A stretch of 64,000 bases of DNA, from the NCBI GenBank assembly GCA_030390025.1, contig CM059432.1, forward strand, positions 48,238,001 to 48,302,000, given 5' to 3'. Positions 1-9,999 of this stretch are shown here, in pieces. The notes below the pieces were generated by a model. The model was not told the DNA's origin and did no database searches. It worked only from the letters and a program-made list of their open reading frames with translations. The stretch's first letter is position 1. Each line of letters begins with the position of its first letter. The stretch is from Squalus acanthias. Taxonomy: Eukaryota. Made by a program: the position numbers and the translations under genes.

Positions 1-350
1 TTGCCACTTTCCCTTGGATCCCATGGGCTTTTACTTTTCTGACCAGTCTGCCATGTGGGATATTGTCAAAAGTCTTGCTAAAATCCATGTAGACTACATC
101 AAATGTGTTACCCTCATCGACCCTCCTTGTTACATCTGCAAAAAATTCAATCAAGTTAGTCAGACACAAGCTTCCCTTAACAAATCCATGCTGACTGTCA
201 TTGATTAATCCGTGCCTTTCTAAATGACGATGAATACTGTCCCTCAGAATTTTTTCCAATAATTTGCCCAGGTTAGGCTGAATGGCCTATAATTACTCGG
301 TCTAGCCCTTTCTCCCTTTTTAAACAAAGGTACAAAGTTAGCAGTCCTCC
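1..350 (-). mobile_element. Degenerate CR1-type LINE RT fragment
   Basis: Reverse strand resembles the CR1 RT segment (QHGF..GK.CLTNLIEF) seen intact in other copies in this window; disrupted. Confidence 0.55.
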
Positions 351-445
351 GAAGTACACAGATAGTGGGGAATATTTTAAACAGAAAGTGCTTCCCCTAC
401 AGTTTTCTTCCCTTTTAACTAGTCTGTCTCTCTGAAATATTGAGA

Positions 446-2727
446 GGTCGCACAACACCAGGTTATAGTCCAACAGTTTTATTTGAAATCACAAGCTTTC
501 GGAGCTTACTACTCCTTCGTCGGGTGAAGTAAAAAGATACAGAATCGCCAAAGCATATATAGATAGAGAACAATGCATGTGTACCTTACAATTGCAGACA
601 ACTAAATTAAATCATCCTGACTATCTGCCGAGGTGTGATAAAGTTAATCAGGTCAGCCAGGAAGGTACCACATCAAAGACATAGCAAGATACAACTGAGA
701 CAATGAGGTGGAGTCGCAGGGGGTCTAACGTGTCAAAAGCTGCCGTCTGTATGTAAAACGATAAGCTTTAGAATTTTTACTTTTTTACTGGGAAAATTTT
801 TACTTTTTTACTGGGAATCACATCTGTGAACAAGCCAACGACGACTCGAGTCCGGATCACGTCATGTATCGTGACATAAACCCAAGATCCCGGTTGAGAC
901 CGTCTTCATGAGTGCGGAACTTGGCTATCAGTTTCTGCTCGATGATTTTGCGTTGTCGTGTGTTCCTAAGGTTGCCTTGGAGAACGCTAACCCGCAGATC
1001 CGAGGCTGAATGTCCTTGACTGCTGAAGTGTTCCCCGACTGGGAGGTAACAATCCTGCCTGGCGATTGTTGCGCAGTGCTCGTTCATACGTTGTCTCAGT
1101 GTCTGCATGGTCTCGCCGATGTACCATGCCGCGGTGCATTTTTTCCTGCAACGTATGAGGTAGACAACGTTGGCCGAGTCACATGAGTATGTACCATGTA
1201 CCTGGTGGGTAGTGTCCTCACGTGTGATGGTGGTATCTGTGTTGATGATCTGGCATGTCTTGCAGAGTTTGCCGTGGCAGGGTTGTGTGGTGTCGTGGTC
1301 GCGGTTATCCTGAAAGCTGGGTAATTTGCTGCGAACGATGGTACTTCTGAGGTTAGGCAGCTGTTTGAAGGCAAGTAGTGGAGGCATGGGGATGGCCTTA
1401 GCGAGGTGTTTGTCGTCATCGATGACATGTTGAAGGCTGCGAAGAACATGGCGTAGTTTCTCCGCTCCGGGGAAGTACTGGACGACGTAGGGTACCCTGT
1501 TGGTTGTGTCCCGTGTTTGCCTTCTGAGGAGGTCTATGCGATTTTTCGCTGTGGCCCGTCGGAACTGTCGATCGATGAGTCGAGCGTCATATCCCGTTCT
1601 TACGAGGGCATTTTTCAGCGTCCGTAGGTGTCCATCGCGTTCCTCCTCATCTGAGCAGATCCTGTGTATTCGCAGGGCTTGTCCATAGGGGATGGCTTCT
1701 TTAACGTGGTTAGGGTGGAAGCTGGAGAAGTGGAGCATCGTGAGGTTGTCCGTGGGCTTGCGGTAGAGTGAAGTGCTGAGGTGTCCGTCTTTGATGGAGA
1801 TTCGTGTGTCCAGGAATGAAACCGATTCTGAGGAGTAGTCCATGGTGAGTTTGATGGTGGGATGGAACTTGTTTATGTTATCGTGTAGTCTTTTCAGTGA
1901 TCCTTCGCCATGGGTCCAAAGGAAGAAAATGTCGTCGATGTATCTGGTGTACAGCGTTGGCTGGAGGTCCTGTGCAGCGAAGAAGTCTTGCTCGAACTTG
2001 TGCATGAAGATGTTGGCGTATTGGGGTGCGAATTTGGTCCCCCTGGCTGTTCCGTGTGTTTGGGTAAAAAAATGGTTGTCGAAGGTGAAGACATTGTGGT
2101 CAAGGATGAAGCGGATGAGTTGTAGGATGGCGTCTGGAGATTGGCTGTTGTTGGTGTTGAGTACTGAGGCTGTCGCAGCGATGCCGTCATCGTGGGGGAT
2201 ACTGGTGTAGAGTGCCGATACGTCCATCGTGGCAAGGAGTGTTCCTGGTTCAACTGGTCCGTGGGTGCTGAGTTTCTGTAAGAAGTCTGTAGTGTCGCGA
2301 CAGAAGCTGGGGGTTCCCTGTACGATGGGTTTCAGAATGCCCTCGACGTATCCAGAGAGGTTCTCACACAGGGTTCCATTGCCTGATACGATAGGACGTC
2401 CGGGTGTGTTGGCTTTGTGTATCTTTGGGAGGCAGTAGAAGTCTCCCACGCAGGGAGTACATGGGATGAGAGCGCGTAGGATGTTTTGAAGGTCTGGATC
2501 GAAGGTCTTGATCAGTCTATTGAGTTGGCGGGTGTGTTCTTTGGTCGGATCTGCGGGTAGCTGTCTGTAGTGTTCCTGGTTATCCAGTTGTCGGTATGCT
2601 TCTTTACAATAGTCCGTTCTGTTCTGTATGATGATGGCTCCTCCTTTGTCCGCTGGTTTGATGACGATGTTGCGGTTGGTCTTGAGAGCGTGGATGGCGT
2701 TGCGTTGTGCTCGGGTGACATTCGGCT
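446..2727 (-). mobile_element. Penelope-like retroelement, 5'-truncated, with 3' UTR/pLTR
   Basis: Open RT + GIY-YIG ORF followed by a ~400-bp 3' region with a hammerhead-like motif and AATAAA (minus strand, ~478-483). Confidence 0.92.
490..526 (-). ncRNA. Minimal (Penelope-type) hammerhead ribozyme motif, core variant CCGACGA
   Basis: Minus strand CAC-CCGACGA-AGGAG-TAGTAAG-CTCC-GAAA-GCTT-GTG: stem I CAC/GTG, stem II GGAG/CTCC, palindromic AGCT stem III, CUU cleavage triplet. Confidence 0.7.
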
Positions 2728-2809
2728 GAAATATCCCATAGCTCCATATCTTGCCCTTCTGCTCACAGCCATGCTTCAGCATTGGCACAAATGCCAACGC
2801 TTTCACCAT
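857..2809 (-). CDS. Penelope polyprotein: reverse transcriptase + C-terminal GIY-YIG endonuclease (first ~27 aa probably read in from flanking DNA)
   Basis: Motifs IKPADKGG, YCLPKIHK, GRPIVSG, MDVSALYTSIPH, YTRYIDDIF, FLDT, YRKPT, then CxxxxCKTC and NVVYLIRC...WYIGET...R...H (GIY-YIG); 650 codons with no stop. Confidence 0.9.
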   Translation of the reverse strand: MVKALAFVPMLKHGCEQKGKIWSYGIFQPNVTRAQRNAIHALKTNRNIVIKPADKGGAIIIQNRTDYCKEAYRQLDNQEHYRQLPADPTKEHTRQLNRLIKTFDPDLQNILRALIPCTPCVGDFYCLPKIHKANTPGRPIVSGNGTLCENLSGYVEGILKPIVQGTPSFCRDTTDFLQKLSTHGPVEPGTLLATMDVSALYTSIPHDDGIAATASVLNTNNSQSPDAILQLIRFILDHNVFTFDNHFFTQTHGTARGTKFAPQYANIFMHKFEQDFFAAQDLQPTLYTRYIDDIFFLWTHGEGSLKRLHDNINKFHPTIKLTMDYSSESVSFLDTRISIKDGHLSTSLYRKPTDNLTMLHFSSFHPNHVKEAIPYGQALRIHRICSDEEERDGHLRTLKNALVRTGYDARLIDRQFRRATAKNRIDLLRRQTRDTTNRVPYVVQYFPGAEKLRHVLRSLQHVIDDDKHLAKAIPMPPLLAFKQLPNLRSTIVRSKLPSFQDNRDHDTTQPCHGKLCKTCQIINTDTTITREDTTHQVHGTYSCDSANVVYLIRCRKKCTAAWYIGETMQTLRQRMNEHCATIARQDCYLPVGEHFSSQGHSASDLRVSVLQGNLRNTRQRKIIEQKLIAKFRTHEDGLNRDLGFMSRYMT

Positions 2810-3661
2810 CTGCGCATACGTCTAAATCCAGAACTTTTATTGCTAATGGGTCTTGTATGAGTATAATACAGTTAAGTTAATCCTTCATCACGTTCTTATT
2901 CCTATTTCATCCTTTTAATTATGCATTTGCATTTCTTTCTTCTCCTGTCTCTTGATCTTCCAGATTTGCTCAGGGTATTACTTTCCTCCCCTTTTCTAAA
3001 TTTAGCTTAAATTAACTCAATTGCTGCTTCATGATTTGTAGCAACAGCTTACTTCTTCCTACGGTTATCCCATCCTTCCTATACAAGACCCTCTAGCCTA
3101 AGAAACTTGCCCGATTATCAACAGTCCCCGTACATATCCTACTAATCATTCATTGAAGTTAATTACCTTGTTCATTCTTTTAATGCGCTCAGTTAACACC
3201 GATAAGAACCCAGATACTGCCATATATATATATATATATACCCACAGTACCTTTATATTTCTCCTTTAGTTCCTCAGACATTCTATCCATGATATAATAC
3301 AATTTGTTGCTGCATATATTGGTACTGGTTTATCGACAGCATCTCTCATTCATGCTAAGTGAATAAAATGTAGTGGGAAAATACACCGTTCACTTAAGAC
3401 TTCACCGTTGTTCCTGACGTCAGTGATTTTTCTGGTGCACATTTTTAGTTGAAATGGGAGATTTTCAAATAACACTAATGACCTTAATGTGTTTTTTTAA
3501 AACTTACGGACTCTGGAATTCCACAGGGTCCATTCTGTGGTCTGCACCATTGAGCCGGGACTGTGCCCACTGACATTCTTCAGCGCTGACCTTGCATTCA
3601 TTGGCAGAGTAAGCTCATTTAAATATCATTTGGAAGTTCAGTAATGCAAATCCCTTGTACT

Positions 3662-4990
3662 CTTTTTTGAATCGACCAATCAAATGTAACTTAACCAAAA
3701 CATTAAAGTAAACTTAACAGCTTAAATTAAAATTTTGTTATTGGGGGTGATGATGCACTCTAGTCCATCCGGTGCCCACCGGTCCCGGAAGGCCTCGAGC
3801 GTGCCGGCGGACACCGCGTGCTCCATCTCCAGGGCCACCCAGGTGCGAACGTGGCCGTGGAAGAGAGGCAGGCAGTTGGGCTGAACGACCCCCTCGACCG
3901 CCCGCTGCCTGGACCAGTTGATGGCCACTTTGGCCGGGCCCAGGAGTAGTCCCACGATCCCCCTCGACCTGCCCGCTCCCCTCCGCCCTGGGTGACCAAA
4001 GATCAGGAGCATGGGACTGAAGTGCAGCCAGAAATCGAGGAGCAGCCCCTTCAAATAATGGAAGAGGGGCTGCAACCTCTCGCACTCCATATAAACGTGG
4101 AACATGGGCTCCTCCAGACCGCAGAAAAGGCAGGCGCCCTGGGAGTCCGTGAACCGACTTAAAACCTTATTGCACGGGATTGCCAAGTCCCCAATAGATA
4201 AAGGGAGGACTCCTGCATGGACAGCCCTCCATTGGGGACCCCCGCCTCCTCCGGACAGCAAGATGGTGCACCAAGGCGTGTCCGTACGGCAGACGAGGAT
4301 GGCAAAATGGAGGGTGTTTAAGAGCAGCCCGTACAGGAAACCGCTCCGTGCAGGATGGAAAGGCACGGAAGGGATTTCCCGGAGAAGGCTCAAGTTGTGA
4401 GGCGCCGGCTCCCGAGAGGGGTTTTGGGGCCGGGCGCCGATGAGGAATTCTGTCCGTCCGGGGGTCAGTTCGGACGGGATCGTCCCACGTGCTTGAGCCT
4501 CCTCGATACACCTAGTGGAGTCGGGGCCCAATGCCACTTTTAGCGACTCGATGGCTCTGGCCGCGAGCCGGACGTCAGCCCAGGACAGGCACTGCGCCAG
4601 CTCCTCCGGTGCCATCCAACCCACTCGTCCGCCATCCAGTAGGTTCCTGACTCTGGTCACCTTGCCAGACACAGCCCTGCCCTCCACCAGCCACTCGAAC
4701 CTGCGGTTGTGGAGGTGCGGATTCCTGAGCAGCGGCTCCTGAAGGACAGCCGCCACTCCTGGCGGGGGAGAACTCCGTCTGCAGGCGACCATGTTCCAGA
4801 CCCTTAGTAGTTCCTGGTAGAAGACAGGCAGCTCCCGCAAGGAGGCACAGGTACCCCTCAGTTTCACAAACAGGAGCTGCGTGTCATAATTGAGGCCGTG
4901 CAGCTAGCGGAAGAAATACATCGCCAGCGCACACCATCTGGGAGGATCCTTGACATACAGGTATCTCTGCAGGGTCTGAAGATGGAAAGT
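3662..4990 (-). mobile_element. Tx1 (L1 clade) LINE 3' fragment
   Basis: ORF 3722-4867 has LPVFYQELLRVW, EPLLRNP and a C-terminal zinc knuckle CLFCG...MFHVYMEC typical of L1/Tx1 ORF2; GC-rich, sharply distinct from the flanks. Confidence 0.8.
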
Positions 4991-5199
4991 CGCAGCCTGG
5001 GCAAATCCCGTGTAAAGCGGAAGAATTGTGATGAGGGGGGAGGGCTTGAAAATTTAAAAGGCACCATCTGGTCGAAAATTGCAGTAGCAAGCTGAGGGGA
5101 CAACAGCGAAGTAGGAAAGTACTTGGCTGGCGGCTAGCTGGACTGGATAGCTCATATATGATTCAATGCTTTATTTAAAGAATTTTGTACTCTGGGAGA

Positions 5200-6230
5200 A
5201 GGGCATTGCACAGAAGGAGAAAAGAAGAGGGCACAATTTTAACGAGACTGACCTACAAACCTTTCTGAATCAGATTTAGCAAAGGAGAGAGACACTGCTG
5301 GATATCCAAGCATCAAAAAAAAAGTGTGCTTGTGGCATATTGAGGGAGTTGGAAATGACACTGAGTGCCATCTTTCTCGCCCTCAGAACTAGAAACCAGT
5401 GACATAAAAAGTTTAATAACCAGACGAGTGCAGGCAAGGTAACAGACTGGCCATAGTCAATTTTCTTCCTTGAATACGAACACGCTGCTCACCGTCTATA
5501 ATTAGCAGCACCAGTCAGGGCTACACACTGCACTGTGGTTCAGAGAGTAACTAACTCTGGATCTTGCAGTATGTGTCGGCATCTCTCTTAACAGAAATTA
5601 CTCGAATGCAAAACTTTACAACCCTTCCTTTACTTTAACAGTGATATCAGTAGATCTGCTAACAAATAATAGCTATCACCTAATTTACTCAGTCTTGATG
5701 CAGGAGAAAATTTCATACAATGTCTGTGAAAAGCAGAAGACCACTTTGCATGGGTCTCATTGTAGCACTCCTCTGCTGCTGTTTGTGTAACTCCCAACAA
5801 GCCATCCATTCACATGATTTTGTTCCTTGAAGAGCCCAGAGATGGCCAAATTCTGAAGAATGAATATTTGCTAGCAACTTTCAGTAAATCAAGATTATCT
5901 GCATCTGGTCACACACAATTTGGACTTTGAGCAATGGCAATGCTTTCTGGTTCAGTGGGAGTTGACCGTGGGAGCTTGCAAAGCAACATGGGTTCCATCT
6001 ATGGCACTGTGCACCTTTGGATAGCCAACAGCTCCATAAAACTGGATGGCCCCATCTCGCTACTGCCTTGCTGTGATGCCAAAGTTGATGAATTTCCCAG
6101 CTCTGTGGAATAGTTACCTGATGAATACAGTCCCAGATGGCACCCTGGCTGATCTTGCACAGACCCCCTCGTGGGATGGGCCAAAACACAATTGCAAATT
6201 CAGGCACATCATTTTTAGGGTGAACACCAG
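5200..6230. mobile_element. Decayed PIF/Harbinger remnant (Myb/SANT fragment on +, HARBI1-like transposase fragment on -)
   Basis: Minus strand near 5970-6010 encodes a GAIDGTHVAL-like DDE motif; plus strand 5220-5440 resembles the Myb/SANT ORF ending KKFN...AGK|gt. Confidence 0.55.
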
Positions 6231-7779
6231 TGGAAATGCCTTATGCCCAATTTCAAGGCCAGATAAAAATGCCAGATTTTAGGAGCCAGAAATGGCGAAA
6301 ACAACATAGAATTTCGGGGTTAATATATTTAACAAGTTAAGTCGTGCAACAGATTATGAAAATGGAGATTGTACACAGTACTGTGAACATAGTGAAATGT
6401 GTTAAATGGCAATATTGTTTGGAAAATATTGTATTTGGAAATGACAAGTGACAGCAGTTCTGAAATGAGTCAATGGTGTTAAATTCATATCCACTGGGCT
6501 CTGGATTAGGACTGGCCACATACTTCAGCAAATATGTGCTGCGTGGTACACATCTAGCTGTCTTAACACTAAAGCCTGTTTCTACAGCACAGTACAGTCC
6601 AGATGGCAGTACATTATTAAATCAAGAGTTATACTGGGCAGTCTATCATTTTAAGAGATGGTTGGGAGCTACTTGCAGCCGACTGGCATTTTTCTGAAGG
6701 GAATAATCTCTCGCCACTTCACCTTCCGACAGTTGCCATGTAATTGCAATCGGCACAGAGCCAACTTGTTAACCTTTAACATTCAAGTTTAAAAAGAGCC
6801 TGAGCAGTCTTCTGACTGCTCTTAAATTTTTAATGTTACAAAAGAGCAGCCTGCTCCAGTAGCTCTTTTCTAACCTTAGAAATGTTGCTGGCAGCAGAAG
6901 ACTAGGGAGCAGATCTCCTTGTATGCAGTTATGGACAGGGACATGTCGACATAGCTCTGATTTCCCCTAACTAAAGAGGGGGAGGAAAGATATAACTCTG
7001 TGAGTCAACTTACACCACTCCAAAAACATTACTGGTGTCATGTAATAACCTGCACTATAACTGCATCAATAGCCACTTCAGTTCCAGTCTCTGGAAGAAA
7101 AGGAAATTGGATAAATACTTGAAGGGGAAAAAATTGCAAGGATATGAGGAAAGAGTGGGGGAGTGGAACTAACTAGATTGCTCTTCGAAAGAGCCGGCAC
7201 AGACTCGATGGGCCGAATAGCCTCCTTCTGTGCTGTACTATTCTATGATTCTCTGACATGCACTATTCTTACCTTAAGTGAGATTAGAGATTATAATCTA
7301 CAAAAGTGGAAAAAAACTGAGTTAGCTATTCTGAATTTTAGTGATTTATTAGTAAAACACCAGTATACAATTGTGAAGAAACCATTTACTCATTTGACCT
7401 TGAGCATATGCCAAACCTATAACAACGTTGGATCCATTAATCATTGATTCTCAGTTATTTAGCGAGGTTTCCTTTCTAGGAAAGAACAAAACTAATACAC
7501 ATGACAAATACAACATTGATATCAACTAACAATGATCAGGATCCTCACAGCTTCCCCTTGTGTTGATTATTTTTCAACAAATGCCTTTTTATCAAAAAGG
7601 GAAAAGACATCCTTTGTTTGCATTTGTAGAAAAATCTTTATTAACACATTCACAATTTAACTACAAATAGGACACATTAGAAATTACATAAAAATTACAA
7701 CATAAAACAAATCGTTCAGTCCAACCAGTCCTTGTTGGTGTTTAGCCACCACATCAGCAGTAATCCTAATCCTATGTAC

Positions 7780-9439
7780 TGTAAAGTTTCGCAATTATCG
7801 CGATTCGAAATAACATAAGAGAAGCAGATTCGTTTGATCAGTTTTATTAAACGAAATGCTGTCCTGATAATAAAGGACACAGAAGCCTGTAAAATGGCCA
7901 CCGCGCATCGTGGCAGAAGCTTCCAGAAACACAGTGGGCAGACAAGATGGCGTCGAATAAACATTCAGGATAAGATTGGATCATACTCGGTAAACACTGA
8001 TAAAGACAGGATGCAACCCGTTTGCATTTGGAACAATAGCAAAGATATAAGTGCTGGAATCGTTTTCCTATGCACAGTAAGGATCATTGTACTGGGTAAT
8101 CGAAGGCCCATCCAGACACATCAATACACAAATACCCCCCCGGCTCTACAATGAGAGAGACATCGACGGGTGATTAAGCAAGTATTCGGGGGGCCCCAAA
8201 ACCAGTCAGGGAGACGATTCATACACATCCTGGCTGGTTCAACAATGGGGAAAACATTAACGGATAGTTGGCCAGTTTCAGGTGCTACCGAAACCCGTTA
8301 AAGAAGATAACCGCCCCATGCTGGGAGTTTTGAGCGCCAATATTACACAAAGGACAAACATTAAGATTTGAGCGGGAGATAAGCGGACACATCACTATAA
8401 CTATAGAGAACAAATGTCCATCGCTCTCTTATCTCGATGCTGGCTGCTGAACGCTCTTATTCTCTTATTCGCTTGCCTCTTCATGAACTCGCTTGACTTG
8501 TGGGCTCTTGATTTTCTCTCTGGACTTTGTTGACTCTTGACTCTTAGCCGTACTGGTCGGTTATGCGAGTGTTGGGTCGAGCTCAATCGGAACGAGCTGC
8601 CCCGACAAGGGCAAGTAACAGGGTACACCATCCCGAGTGTCGGTAAACGGTGTCTGGACCCGGAGGCCCGAGGAGACGAGACGAGAAGAAGACGAGAAGA
8701 AATTCCACGTGCCGCCACGGTCAGTAAACCCCAACCGCGCCCGAAAATATAAATACAGGACTCTTCTTTGAGTTCTACAGACTACAACCTGTGTCGAACA
8801 CAGGAAGACTCTTCTTTGAATTTTACAAATGTTCCAAGTTCTGTCGAGTTCTTCATGACAACAGGGAGTCTGGCCTGCTTGTCGCAGCAGCGAAAATAAA
8901 CAAGTGGGGTGCAGAGACCCTTCCAAACACGTGACAGTCAGGCGCTGCAGCGAAACGAGCCGAGTGCCTCATTTTAAAAATCTCCGAACTAACACGAGTG
9001 GTGAGCATGTTTTCCGATCCTACAAATCTAGACGTAGTGTAGGTATTGTTACGGGAGGGTGGTTTTTAATAAGGTTAAGGTATAATGTGTTCCCCTTTCT
9101 ACGATGTGCCGTGTGTTCTTCATTTCCATAGACCAAGCTTTATGAATGTATGTATACTTATACTATCTTTGATTTGCGCCTATGACATGTACTTCATGAT
9201 TTTAGACGCCATGCAATAAAGATTTCCATTTCGTACTATTCAACCGAATCTATTTGAGTTTTTCTCTGCATTACTGCTCCTTGCACCTAAGTCCAGTGTT
9301 AGAACCGTAAGGGCGAGTGGGTCGAACCACTCACAGGTGCTTATTGCAAAAAGGCTGGCCGGAGACCAGAGCAAGCAATAGTATAGGCAACGAAGGCCTA
9401 ACCTCGCACCAGCACCATCTGAGACACGTCCCCCTTACA
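7780..9439 (+). mobile_element. Solo LTR, 1660 bp (copy A), inserted in a CR1 3' tail
   Basis: Ends TGTAAAG...CCTTACA; flanks GTAC/GTGC (4-bp TSD, 1 mismatch); TATAAA 8748-8753; AATAAA 9215-9220; homologous over its full length to 10111-11795. Confidence 0.85.
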
Positions 9440-9999
9440 GTGCCCACTTTGTCCCCATATCCCTTTATTCCCCTTTCCATCCACCACCTATCTAACTTAT
9501 TCGTAAATGGTGACACGGGCCTGGAATTTCCTTGGAGCTGCTCCCACTTTGCCACTGTAAATTCACCAGATGTGTGGTGGAAGCTCCATCCACGCACGTC
9601 AACGGGGTTTCCGCTGCATTTGTGGCACATTTACAGTGGTGAAGGGAGAGCATCTGAGGAAATTCCACCTCATGGTTCCTGCTTCAGTCACTAATACTAG
9701 TAGTGCATTCCACATCCTCACAACCCTCTGTGGAAAAAGGCTCCTCCTGCTCGCTGTCCTATATCTCATATTTAATCTTGTATCTATGTCCCCTTGTTCT
9801 AGATCCTTCAACTGCTGCAAGCAGTCTGTTTCTATCGACTCTGTCCCATCCCTTCATGTTAATCAGCTCTATCAAATCACCTCATAATTGTCCCTGTTCC
9901 AATGAAAACAGCCCCAATTTTTCAAGTCTATCTTCATATTTGTATATCCTCATACCAAGCAGAATCTTAATGAATCTGCACTGAACTCTCTATTTTTTA

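Noticed and set aside
3221..3240. (AT)n microsatellite
   Set aside because: Ordinary short simple repeat.
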